Positions 41,962 through 54,761 of a stretch of DNA of 64,000 nucleotides are shown in pieces. Under the pieces are notes generated by a model. It was not told the DNA's origin, made no database searches, and saw only the letters and a list, made by a program, of their open reading frames with translations. This stretch comes from Antedon mediterranea (lineage: Eukaryota > Animalia > Echinodermata): assembly GCF_964355755.1 (NCBI RefSeq), contig NC_092680.1, positions 21,523,045 to 21,587,044 on the forward strand, written 5' to 3'. A program made the position numbers and the translations under genes. Position 1 is the stretch's first letter; the number at the start of each line of letters is the position of its first letter.

Positions 41962-42926
41962 TAACAATAAGAATAAAATAAAATAGAATTTATAAAGTTA
42001 ACAAAAAAAATAATGCAAAAAAAAATATAATAAAAAATTAAATGAACAATGAGGAAGAGCTATTAAAATAAGCTCCAACCAGGATTTGAACTTAAGTTCT
42101 TCTATCTTTATGGAAACATCTAAGGATGCTGGGGGGGGGGGGGGGCATGGCAATGTGATATTTCAAACATTACTTTTATTTTTGATAAAAATTATTTAAA
42201 ACATTAATGCATGCTAATTATTTTATAACCCCACTCAATCTTGATTGGCATTTCAATCCAAATTCTAAACAATCCTGGCGACGCCTATGTTTCACTAGAC
42301 ACCTGACGACTCTCAACCAAAATATTGCCCATTTCAAAACTGGACAACTTCTACAGTATATCCAAAATTATAGATTAGGGGCAGGGGGGGGGGGCTAAAT
42401 ATTTCATAAATGATAAAACCGATCGGTCGGGTTGCAGAAAATAATTATAATTTTATTTAAAAGACATGGCTGTTAAATTTTAGCATGTTAGCCCATCTAA
42501 ATCCATACTTGCATATTGAATAATTATTTAATAATTTGTAATTTATCAAACCTAATATTTTAGTAATCAAAACTCATTAAAGCCTAATAAACATAGTAAC
42601 AGAATATTGCAAAATAATTACATATTTACAAGTGATTTTGTTATGACACATCCAGGGTAGCAAATGAATTGTATCGCTACGTGAGCTTCTCATCTTCTCA
42701 TTGGCTGATTGCATATCCAGGGTTATGGAAAATGCGTAATACCACTATTTCTGTTATGATTTATTTAAAATTTATTCTAATTTATTTTAAAATAATTATA
42801 ATTCATGTTTAAGTTTTAACAAAAGAGTAATAGTAAGTTGATATCGGATTTAACGAATTAGCACTGTCAAGTGGTATATTATAAAATGCAAAATGTGTAT
42901 TAAACATAGTTACATCAATATGCCAG

Positions 42927-43067
42927 TATCAAACTTGATGTGCCCAAATATGGTAGTGATAATCCCAAATATGGTAGTGATAATCCCAAATATAGTAGTG
43001 ATATGACATCATCATGTCTATATATGGGCACATCACATTTTTTTGTCAAACTAGTGTAGACAGAGCT
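42927..43067. mobile_element. MITE family A, copy 6 (left end degraded)
   Basis: CCCAAATATGGTAGTGAT subrepeats; ends AGTGTAGACAGAGCT-TTA. Confidence 0.75.
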
Positions 43068-43743
43068 TTAGAGAATTTTATTAAAGGATTCTGTTCAAAC
43101 AGGGTTGTACATAAGGTTTTTGAATAGTGACATTTTATAACTACCACATAAACTGTTTGAATGCAAAACAAACAATTATTATGTAAAAACAGAAAACAAA
43201 TCAGATGAAATGAACTTATAAACTAGCGATAATGTGATGTTTCACGTAAAGTGTTAATGATTTAATAGTCCATACTAGCCACAGGCGACAACTTTTGAAC
43301 AACAACAGGTACTATGTATAGTAACTGATGATGTACTCGTACATATAAATCAGTACAATTTGTATTCATTGCCCATTAGATCTCAGAAGCACTATTCCTC
43401 CATCTCCCATTCATCACTCATTCAAGTTCATGAGACTTGGACTACAGATCTTTTTTTTTAATTTAACATAAAAGTTTTAAGAAAAATAGTTCCAAAATGT
43501 TGGGACAACCAACCCTGATGTTACATCATTACTTCCTGAAATTGTCATTTATCTTATCTATCTTTTAGTTTACTCTTAAAATGTAGCAAGCCTTTGAAGT
43601 TGATAAGCGACTTCCTAAAGTTGTCAATTTAAATGTAATTATCATGCAATTGATTGACAATAAGTTCTTATATTATGTAAGACTTCCCTATACTTGTAGG
43701 ATATGTTACCCACTTTAAAGTGATTGTGGGAATCACAGACTAA

Positions 43744-43930
43744 AGGCCAATTTACACAGACAGAGCAGTAACGATAAATGGAAAACCGCGTAACTTGTCC
43801 CAAGTAGAATCTGTATCTATCCATCTAACCACCCGTCCGCTCTGCGTTGTGTGTAAATGGTCCTAAGGAATAACATAGATTCTATATTGTTAGTTACCGT
43901 TAGTTACCGCTAGTCTTTGTAAATTGGCCT
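43744..43930. mobile_element. Harbinger-like MITE family B
   Basis: TIR AGGCCAATTTACACAGAC vs GTCTTTGTAAATTGGCCT (17/18); preceded by TAA, followed by TTT. Confidence 0.65.
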
Positions 43931-44027
43931 TTTAATTGGCAAGTTGGTCGCATTATGCTGTATCTTCATTTATCAACATCTGCAACTATGTTTATCATAA
44001 AATAGATAACATTAAACACACTCTTAC

Positions 44028-44073
44028 CTTAGTACATTTGACCAGTGGTTTTTCTATGATATTATAGCACTTT
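44028..44073 (-). CDS. Candidate 46-nt internal exon (KCYNIIEKPLVKCTK)
   Basis: CCATTTTTTATTGCAG|AAAGTGC...TACTAAG|GTAAGAG: strong acceptor and donor, with a single open frame. Confidence 0.4.
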
Positions 44074-45191
44074 CTGCAATAAAAAATGGATTTTTGTATT
44101 TATTTACCTTATTTCACATCAACAAAATAAAAACTTTAAAAAGTAAATAATACTTTCAATACACTCTTAGATAAAACAAATTATAATAAACAATGTATAC
44201 AGAATTGTTGGGAATTCATATTATTTTATCCTCTTAAGTTATCTTCGAAAATTAAATATAATTTTAAATATCACGAGACGATATATATTTATAACATCTA
44301 CAAGGTACATGACCCTCAGTAAAAAAAATGTTTTATGAGTGAATTTAGTACATTGAATGTAACTAGAATATAAAATTTCTTCAATATGTGATTTATAAAA
44401 CTTTATTATAAGCTACGGTTAAAACACAGCCTACTTTATCAATTAATTATGCTGGCATGCGACATTCAGTTATACAAAGAATACTATTACTAATGTTTTT
44501 CCTTAGTAATTTGTGCACAATTTCTTCTGCACCAAGATCAACCAGTTCCCTTTATTTCTGGAAACTGGCAAGAAAACAAATTGTGTGTAAAGTCTGATAT
44601 GGTCACAGACACAACATTTTATTCCAAAATTACTAATTGGGCAAGTTTCATTTCAGAGGCCTTTGACAGAGATTGTCCCCTTTTCTTGCGAAAAACCAGA
44701 CCACTTTATTTCTCGTGGCTACATCACTGTGTCCTCTAGTCTAAGTTAAATTCAAAGTAATGTCAGATAATTAATGGTACGTAATAAAGTAACCTATAAA
44801 GAATTATGTTCAGGTTGTATTGGACAAGTAACATACTCGTAATTATAAACCCTTTGGTTTATGTTTAATATAAACACTGCCCTCAAGTAAATATACAGTA
44901 TCTTAAAACTAGAAACTACAGATGTTACAGTATTAGAAATTGTTCACTAAATCACTAATGTGTTTAAAAGTTTAAATTGTAGTAAAATTATACAAATCCA
45001 AACATTGCAAAGAATATTGGCCATCGTACTGCTACAATGTATCACGATATAAACAGATAAAATAAAAAGATCATTCTATGGCTTAAAAATCATTTATGAC
45101 ATAACTTGACAACCAAGACTGAAATTTTATTTATTTATCTATTCAAATATCCACAAATCACAGAGAAAAACTGATTTGCTTGGGATTTACA

Positions 45192-45318
45192 AAAAAATAT
45201 AGATATGTATACAGTAAATATAAAAAATATAGATATGTAAACAGTAAATATAAAAAATATAGATATGTATAAAGTAAATATAAAAAATATAGATATGTAT
45301 ACAGTAAATATAAAAAAT
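45192..45318. repeat. 30-bp AT-rich tandem repeat x4
   Basis: Unit AAAAAATATAGATATGTATACAGTAAATAT. Confidence 0.9.
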
Positions 45319-46007
45319 CAAATACAAATGTACAAAACTAAAGTGAAATATTTAAAAATTGAGTAGAAGATTCAGCCAAGTAAAACAATTTTCAATATTA
45401 AATTAAAGATTGGTTGTATAAGATTACAAAACCATCACAGCGGCAAACATTATGTAATATTTTTTAATTTCAGAATAAAATTAAGGAAGGAATGTTTAAT
45501 ATCAATATAGAAATGTTGAACCATTCCTCCAAACTTGAACAAAAATATTTAAAAGAAGAGAAAAGTTATATAATATTACACCACTTTATTAATAAAAAGA
45601 TCACAAATCTTGAATTCAAATTCCCAACTATTTTCCTATTTTTGGTTTTATTTTGAATAAAAATACTAATATAATAATTATATAATAAAAAGGTGGGTAT
45701 ATTGAACTTACTTCCTTTGAAACTTAATTTAATTAAGCATTAACTAGGATGGCTAAGACCAATGACCTATTTCTAGCAACAATCTCAATTTGGCTTTAGG
45801 TGTTATATGTAATAAGTTAATATGGTTTAGATTGTCAGAAACAGAGAAAGTCAAAGAAATTAAAAAATAACTAGATAAGGAAAAAGAAGACAACCAATAT
45901 TATGCATTGATGAATTCTCCCTCACTGGTAGACATTTTAATTAATATTCCATCTAAAAGTAGGAATATGAAAGAAAGAAATCGGTACATTAAATTATTAA
46001 TTCTATG

Positions 46008-46475
46008 TATTTTATTTATTTCAACATTATTTTACGAGGGTGGTCCATCCAGCCAGCTAGCCAAAGCTGATCATTGGAGACACTCACAAAAATATAATGA
46101 CGAGGCATAAACATGCAGCAAATAGAATTAAACAGAAATACGAGAAAACACAAACTCAGTAACTTTAGTGAAATCATTTGATCTGAAGAAGAAATTTGAG
46201 AGGAGTACTACAAAGTTGTAAAAGTTTATTTTTCAAAGATATTTATACGTAATACAAATGATATTTAAATCGGTGAGTGTGTATAATTCCTACTGTTTCA
46301 CCAATTAAAATTACCAGTATAATCTTTCATCATAAATTGCATTAGAATCAACACTAAACATAATATTGAAATTTGAAGCCTGGCCTATTTAGAATGATCT
46401 AAACATAAAACTTTAAAACACTGAATATAATAAACTTTAAGTTTATAGGCAACCAACTGATTACATTGTAATATA
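46008..46475 (-). mobile_element. Decayed L2/CR1-group LINE 3' fragment
   Basis: 3' tail shared with 41860-41961. Minus-strand peptide SWLPINLKFI near 46470-46430 resembles the LHWLPVxxRIxFK motif of L2-type ORF2. Confidence 0.4.
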
Positions 46476-46807
46476 AGCTGTAAATCAAGATTTTCAAGGC
46501 TCATTTAACCCAGGCCAGCCTGGCCAGTCAATGCTGTAGTAATACTTTCTTCTTAAAACAACATCAACAAGCAATACCAAGCGTTGAATATAAATAATCT
46601 TAAAAAGGACAGAAGTCAAAGTTAATCTCAATTTAATTGTCATCTATAATTCCATAAGCAATATAGTTTTAAAGATTTCTCGACCTATTAAAACGATTGG
46701 GGTATAAACATTTTATCTGTTGAAAGACATGACCAATTGGAAAAGTACTTTAAATAAGATATTTTAAAGAAAGAAAATGGCATAGAATAGAAAATATTTT
46801 ATATTTG

Positions 46808-47217
46808 CTGCTTTGGTACTTTGTGCAGCTAATACCAAAGCTATACTGATTGAAGCATTCAAAACTGGTCTTGATCTGCTTTGGTACTTTGTGCAGCTAA
46901 TACCAAAGCTATACTGATTGAAGCATTACAAACTGGTCTTCATCTGCTTTGGTACTTTGTGCAGCTAATACCAAAGCTATACTGATTGAAGCATTACAAA
47001 CTGGTCTTCATCTGCTTTGGTACTTTGTGCAGCTAATACCAAAGCTATACTGATTGAAGCATTACAAACTGGTCTTCATCTGCTTTGGTACTTTATGCAG
47101 CTAATACCAAAGCTATACTGATTGAAGCATTACAAACTGGTCTTCATCTGCTTTGGTACTTTGTGCAGCTAATACCAAAGCTATACTGATTGAAGCATTA
47201 CAAACGGGTCTTCATCT
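46808..47217. repeat. 68-bp minisatellite x6 with internal hairpin
   Basis: Period 68 (46944 to 47012); each unit has the GCTTTGGTA-N14-TACCAAAGC inverted repeat. Confidence 0.97.
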
Positions 47218-48459
47218 AAAGAAGACGATACCTACCTCATTTTTTTCTATGTTTAATTTGCTTCTTATTTTAATGTGTTTTTGATAAATTGTATTTTGCT
47301 TGAATCAGAATCAATTATATAATCTGAATAAATAATTAAATGCTAAATTTAAGGTAAAATCTAACTAGTTTAATGAGTGGTAATCTAGATTCCTTTAGGA
47401 GGTAATCAAGAATTAGGTACAGTGACCTAATTCAATACATCTTGTTGAAGAGGTACATGAGTAATAATGCTTACACCCAGTCTTCATTAAATGTCATTGC
47501 CATCAGCTAGATAGGGAGGTAAATGGGACGACTTGTGACATTGTTAAGGTTGTGAGAAGGTCAACCCCTTGGCTGCAAGCATGAACTGGGCCACTTTGTT
47601 TCTTTAGGCAAAGTGTGAAATCATATTTTCATCAAAACTACTAATGTATGATTGGAAAAAACTTAAAATCTCTCCCTGATGATTTAAAGCTAGAGGCGAC
47701 GACGATGGAGAACACAGTTGGGATGTTTGATTTGAAGGCCTCCATTATCAATCAGGGGGTTTTAGCAATGGATGTAGGTTGCAGGAAAACAACCTACAAA
47801 CATCTCACCGTTTTTCAATCGCATAAATTGACTATTTGATTGGTAGAACCAATCAAATTTCAACGACTAAATGAACTTTAATAAATAATAATTGAATAGC
47901 ATTCTATTGAAATGGTTTTCTAATATATTGTTATTAATTATTTACAAAGATTATGCAAAATTTATGGTGATTTAGCTGAATAGAATGAATACATACTGCA
48001 GATACAAATGATTTGAATAATGGTGTTATTTTAGCCGTAGCATTTCAATTAAACCTGAACAAAAAGGAATAGCACAGCACTTATTGGATTAGCAGTAATG
48101 CCTAAAATATTTGAAATTGATAAAAACATTCACGGCCATAAACCATTGAATTTGCATTTTTATACAATAACAAAATAAGTGAACAAAAATTGAGGGATAT
48201 CAGTAAGTTTTATTTATTATCTTAAAAATAATAATAATTTATCGTTATCTTTTATTAACAAATGTAAGCTCTTTATCATATTTTTTCTAAATATTATTTT
48301 TTAATTGGACAAGACATTTCTAATAAAATTTCAATTTAATAGGCCTATTTCTTAATAAATTGTATTACGTAATAATTTTTACTAATTAAGTTAAATAAAT
48401 AAATAATTTATGAACGAAGTATCTATGGGTAAATAAAAAGGTTTGGGAGCCACCGTTAC

Positions 48460-48607
48460 AACCCATTAGGCCTAGTGTGTACATCCTACCTATTATGTCT
48501 GGTTTAAGGGTTAGGTACTAGCGAGTATAGAAAGACCGTGAACTAGGTCAGAATTGAACCCTGCACTTTAGGATTACAAGGAAACCATGTTAACACAAAG
48601 CTCCAGC
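48460..48607 (-). mobile_element. tRNA-derived SINE relic
   Basis: Minus-strand B-box-like GGGTTCAATTCTGACCTAG, similar in layout to the relic at 28355-28420. Confidence 0.35.
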
Positions 48608-48712
48608 TCTAGACTTTATTTTCAAAGAAATAAAGTTCAGTAAAGTTTAAAAAGAGAGCAATATCAACAACCACTGTCTATCTCAAAGAATCTCTTCTTC
48701 ACCTTTTACACT

Positions 48713-48799
48713 GTATTGGCTGCCATCAATGACGTATTGGCTGCCATCAATGACGTATTGGCTGCCATCAATGACGTATTGGCTGCCATCAATGACGTA
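48713..48799. repeat. 21-bp tandem repeat x4
   Basis: Perfect copies of GTATTGGCTGCCATCAATGAC. Confidence 0.95.
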
Positions 48800-51544
48800 C
48801 ACGTATTAAATAATAAATACTATAAACATAATTGAAAAAGCAGACAACAGAACAAAAACCAAACCCAAAAAATTATTAAAGTGATAATTATAATTAATTA
48901 TTATTATATATATTATTAAAAGTTATTTGCTTATTTATCAATGATATGATATGCAATTTTGATATCAAGATTCAAGAAATTATATTTGTTCACTTTAAAA
49001 TGAAAATTTGTTTTGCTTTATCATAATAATTAAAATAGCGGAGGACAATGGAACCACGTTTGTGACAGTAATCATTATTACCTTTGGCACCAATTAAAAC
49101 CTGGAGTGAGCCAAGTATTTAAGACTTAAGCCCTACTCTTAAATAAGTCCCTAAAGAATGTGTACTCATATTGGTATACACAGAGTTTAGCAGCATTCAT
49201 ACAGTACATAGTGCAATAAATCCAGTTGAGACCCAGCATACTGCCATATGTGATTGCTAGTGATATAAAGTTTTATAGCAGCATGGTTACAGTTGGATGA
49301 ATCCCTTGTGAATACAGACAAGATACATGATGGATTGTGCAGTCATTTACTACACACTTTGAAGATTACGTGTCTTATACAAAAATGATAGCTTCACAGA
49401 CGATCACAACATAAATCTTAACGTCAGTAAACTTTTAAAAATAAGCTACAATCTTAATTTTGAAACGAAAGGGTAAAAAGCCTCAGAATCTATTTGATCG
49501 ACGATTGATACTTGAGCTAAACATTGTATTTTTGTAACTTCAGAAGATGTGACCTGCACGTTATTTGTTATTGGTTGTATAAACTTTTGTTGTAAACATG
49601 GCTATAACATTTTAGTAGGCCTAGCTATAATATGTTATTACTAATGTTGTTTGGTAGAGAGACCTTTCAGGTATGATTTATTACGTTAGCTGTAGGGTTT
49701 GTTTGCAGTAGGTTTACCATACTGTAGGCTCCATAAAACAATATTGAATGATTTAGGTAGTGGTCAAAAAGGAACCAGTCTTTACAAAATAGGGACCACT
49801 GACTCGATAGGATATAATACAATATTATTTACTGTCATTTTAACAATGAGGTACAAATGATTGGTTGATTTGATTTGAACAATTTATATAGTTATAGAAA
49901 CTAAGATTCAAACTAAAAATTAATGGGTTTTTTTCATAATTTAATTTAAGCAAGTACTTTACTTGAATAAAATTGCTCTGATGCTTTACTATATGACTCC
50001 CATCAACACCAGAAAAATCACTATCACCCATCATCTTATCATAATCAACGATTAGAGGATAGTGGGTGGGGGATCGCAGCGTCCTCTGGTCCCACTGAAT
50101 AACAATGATTTCTTAGAAGCCTTTTTTAACCTATCCATAGGGCAGCTTAGCCTTCCTCTGGAATCAGTCAATTATCAATTCATCATTTACTTTATCACTA
50201 TTTTATTATTGTTTACTTTATCCTTCTATTCATCACTTTTATCCTATTATAGGCCTAACCACCAATTTAACAACATTGTACTATAAATATTAAACTGTAA
50301 TTATCAAAATCAATTGGGTCAAAAGTGGCATATTTAATTGTCAAAAGACTTGATAATCTTCATAAACTTAAGACAGACCAAAACTAAAACAAAGAGAAAT
50401 GACTCCTTACGATTACAGAAGAGTACACTGCCACTTTAGGGAGTAAACCGACAAACAAAGACACCATGATGAGGGCTGCTAAGCACTCATCAGTATTAGA
50501 TGGATACGCCAATTTCAATTGATAATGTAAACATAATCCTAAGCGTGGTCCGATACGGTTATGAATCAAACATCAAAAAGTTGATATCACCTGTTAGCAT
50601 CAACCACTAAATGACAAACTCTACCACGCAACAAACTTGTAGTAAACAAATTGTAATTATCGTTTAGGCTTCATAAAATATATATGCAATCATCTGATTG
50701 GTCCAATTTGCTCTTTATCCTACATGGCTATGGCAGGTAAAGTTAGGGGCCTAACTATTTTATTGCTTATTAAAAATATAATTATAGGTGTTTTCTTAAA
50801 TTATTTTTTAAATTAAAATATATTTTAAACAAATGTTTTATATTGTTTAAGCATCACAAAAACATACATACAATTCTTTTGAAAAACATGATTATAAGAT
50901 GGACACACGAATACTTGAAAATTGTGTTTTTTTAATTAAATATTATTATTTATTTAAGATCAAAGAGTTTAAAACACTATTCAATACAAGTGTTGACAAT
51001 TTTCTGTTGAAGCGATTGAAGAAAAAAATGGTGTAAAATCTGTACCGATTATTGACAACAACCTCAAAGGCTCTGCTAAATGACTATGCTTTGATAGTGA
51101 TTAATTATTAAGATCAAAATATAAATATTAAGATCTGATAAATGGGTTTAATTTGCCATCTATATTAACGATTGATTTTCTAATTAGACGTGATGCAAAG
51201 TGAAGCAATAGCCAGCTTAGTGTGGGAAAACTTTCCAATTAATTTTCATATACGTTAGGATTTCAAGAAATTAGTCAAATTCCAAGATCTTACATTTTCT
51301 TAAAACAAAATGAAAAATAATTTGTGATGTTTGAGAATAATTAAAACACTAAATTGTGGGTTTTTGGTTAAATGTCCTTTTTTAATGCGAAAAATCTTTT
51401 TTTGTTCAAACATCAATAACTATATTAAAAATAGCCTATTCAAAGTTTGATATTTTTTTTTTCAGGTTTCATCTGTTTAACAATTCTTTGTGTTATAGTA
51501 AATAAAGTTTTTGGGGAAATCATCTTTCAGGACTTTTTAATTAT

Positions 51545-51945
51545 TTTATTATTAATATCATTAAATTTTAAATCATAATTAAGTTGTTTTTATTTGCCTG
51601 TTTTTAAAAAGTTAAAATAATAAATATTGATACATATGCTATTAGATTTCATTCAAATTTAGAAAAAAAAATGGCTTTTCAATGTATTTATTAATATTAT
51701 TAAATTTTTAATCATAATTAAGTTGTTTCTATTTGCCTGTTTTTAAAAAGTTAAAATAATAAATATTGATACATATGCTATTAGATTTTGTTCAAACTTA
51801 GAAAAAAAAATGGCTTTTCAATTTATTTTATTAATATTATTAAATTTTTAATCATAATTAAGTTGTTTTTATTGGACTGTTTTAAACTATAATATAATAA
51901 TAAATATTTTTACATTTACATTGTTTAAATTTAGCACAAAAAAAT
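51545..51945. repeat. ~140-bp AT-rich tandem repeat, ~2.7 copies
   Basis: ATCATAATTAAGTTGTTT recurs at about 51572, 51711 and 51851. Confidence 0.9.
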
Positions 51946-53486
51946 GTTGAATTATAATTCACAAGTTGCATAAAAATTCAATATAACTGTAACACACATT
52001 TATTCAAATGTTAATTATATGCTAATTAGATGCAAGATTAAAGCCTGTAAACATTACGTTGATCCCACGAGAGATTTCACTTGACATGTCGCAGCGAGGA
52101 CTCATTCAAATGGAATGCACGCTTTTTTCTCGTGAAATCTTGGCAAACTGCCAATTTTAAGACGGGTTTGATGATGCTGTGAGTTTAGTCTGAGAAAGTA
52201 GGTGTTATCACACATGAATACATTTGCATAAATGTTTGAATATGTCTGGCAACCAATAAGCAAATTATTAATATATTTCATACTGTACATATTATGTTTT
52301 TTTTAAAATGTTATTTATCAACCATAAGAATCTTATAACATTTAAACTGTCTATAAATACATAATGTAATATAAATAATTTTATAATGAACATTATGAAG
52401 TTTGAAATTATTAATATTACTTTAAATTAAAATATTAATTATGTAATTCTAATTCTTAAATTAAAATAATTACTGTATATACACCTTAAAAATGTATTAA
52501 AAAAAACTGAGACACAGATATTTACAATTGACAAAAAAATAAGTCACATCATTTTTTTTAAACAACATTCAACGTCTTTTATACAAAGAAAATTTGTTTT
52601 CATCTGTTCTGTATATACCTTTCAAATTAGGCCTTTGTAAGCTTTTATTTTTCTGTATATATGTATATATTTTTATTTATTTTTAAACCTTGTACCTGAA
52701 TCATTTTGAAAAGCAGTACAATGTTTACTGAAAATACAATCTAGTCAAAAGAAAGAATAAATAAATAAATAAATAATTGTACGAGTGATGATAGACTGGT
52801 ATATACATATACCACTACATAAAACCTCAACATGTGATAAGTGTAGGCAATGGGTTGAATTATGTTTTATTTATTTATAAAAAATGAATTCAAAAATTAA
52901 TTAATTATTAATTAAAGTTATTTCAATTCAACCTATTGAAGATTAATATCAACATAAGAAAGTTTTAATCTGATTATGCGAAACTAAGCAGCAACCAGCA
53001 TAAATAGTAAGCATGAATACAAACATGAAAAGTTGGCAAAGTTCCAACGTTACAATGTGAATGAATATGTATGCTGTTACATTATGCAAATACTCATTTA
53101 CACTCATTCAAGGAAAAAACATTAAACTTGATTGTTTGTACGGCATATTACTGGTATGCAATGACCTTTTTTTTGATATACATTATAATGGAAAACAAAT
53201 GTGTTTAAAAGTTTTTGCTATTTTTAAAACATTCAGGAATAAATTTAAATATGGCAGCATAAAGACAACATAATAGTCGGGGTCAATACACAATTTAAAA
53301 ACAAATCTTGAATCACTGTTTCCTAAATGCTCACCATTCAACTCACAAACATTCATTTTTGTACACTATAACATATATGATAAGAACAAAATGTTTACCA
53401 CTATGCAATATCACAATGTACATTAGGATCTAAAATAATTTTCAGCATTTTTGATATGCATATAGTTTAGAGTTATTTTCCTCTAA

Positions 53487-53781
53487 AGCTCTATCAAACT
53501 AGTTTGACAAAAAAAAGTGCGATGTGCCCAAATATCTATCTATGCGACATTTATATAGCGCTATTTCGTAAAGATCAGAGTACTTTGAGTGTTTGTTGAT
53601 TATTAAAATTATTCTAGACTCTGAACAGGAAATAGTCTAACCAAAGACAACCTGTTAATGACAATAAATAAAATAAAAAATATGGTAGTGATATGCCCTA
53701 ATATGGTAGTGATATGTCATGTAAATATATGGGCACATCACATTTTGTTGTCACATAAAGTTTGATAGTGTGGACAGAGCT
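53487..53781. mobile_element. MITE family A, copy 7, interrupted by a ~148-bp insertion
   Basis: TAA-AGCTCTATCAAACTAGTTTGAC...GATAGTGTGGACAGAGCT-TTA. The insert 53536-53683 is bounded by AAATAT repeats. Confidence 0.75.
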
Positions 53782-54359
53782 TTAGAAAACAAAAATACAA
53801 CAATTATTCAATGGTCTAAAAACTACTAGTATTGCTAATACAACATTTATGCAATGACTAATTCATTTTTACTAACAAACCAAACATTATAGTAAAGTGA
53901 TTAATGACTGATTTCTCAATATATATATACAGTATCGTAAAAAATATTGTGAAAGTAGGACAGCATTACTGAAAGAAATCAATACTGCTAAAGATCACGA
54001 GAGTGATTGTATTTAAACAGCAAGCTCATCATACAATGCAATTTATGTTAATTAACTGTCTAACGATGCGTGAAGGCGGTTCATACATCTAGTTGGCGCT
54101 ACTCGGGTGAGAGCCAGCCTCAAGTGCGGACAAGACATGATAGATTTCACAGCATTTTGGCATCTTCTTAATTTGCGATGCTCTCTTGACTGTAGTTATA
54201 ATACTAAGGTGATCAGATTTTGTGACCTAAGTCAATTCAAGTCTACAATGTTGTATCTAGGTATAATATATGGATTTTGATTGGTTCAAAGTTTGTTGTC
54301 CTTGACTACAATAGTGCAAGAACACAGTTACATAATAGTCTTAGCATGGACCTATAAAT

Positions 54360-54555
54360 TACACAAACCAGTAGTGGTGTTAGTAGTCTATGAGTGCTAG
54401 CTTACCTGTATAAACCGACAATAGCCCGTGCTCTCCAGAGGGAGGGCTTAGATACGAAAGTGAAAAGTTCCTAGAACACCCCTGCATTATAATGGACCCG
54501 TCCGCAACCACACCCTCATGTGGGAACGTACCAACGTACCACCGTCATCATTTTC
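54360..54555 (-). repeat. DIRS 3' ITR (core 54397-54555) plus terminal extension (54360-54396)
   Basis: 54397-54555 is the exact reverse complement of 59456-59614 (159/159, compared block by block). Confidence 0.97.
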
Positions 54556-54587
54556 CGCGTACTTGACTGCGGGGACGGCGGGAGGGA

Positions 54588-54686
54588 GTTTATACAGGTA
54601 AGCTAGCACTCATAGACTACTAACACCACTACTGGTTTGTGTAGTCTATATCGTGCCTAGCTTACCTGTATAAACCGACAATAGCC
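54588..54686 (-). repeat. DIRS internal complementary region (ICR)
   Basis: 54588-54643 is the reverse complement of 54360-54415 (56/56), and 54642-54686 is the reverse complement of 59585-59629 (45/45). The halves overlap at TA 54642-54643. Confidence 0.97.
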
Positions 54687-54761
54687 AGATTAGCACCGGA
54701 CTAGAACTAGTCGGCGGTGGGAGTAAGTTAACAAAGAGCAGAGCAAGTGAGGTGTACATAC

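Noticed and set aside
43322-43357. Second hammerhead-like motif (CTGATGA-TGTAC-TC-GTACA)
   Set aside because: No GAAA and no convincing stems I or III.
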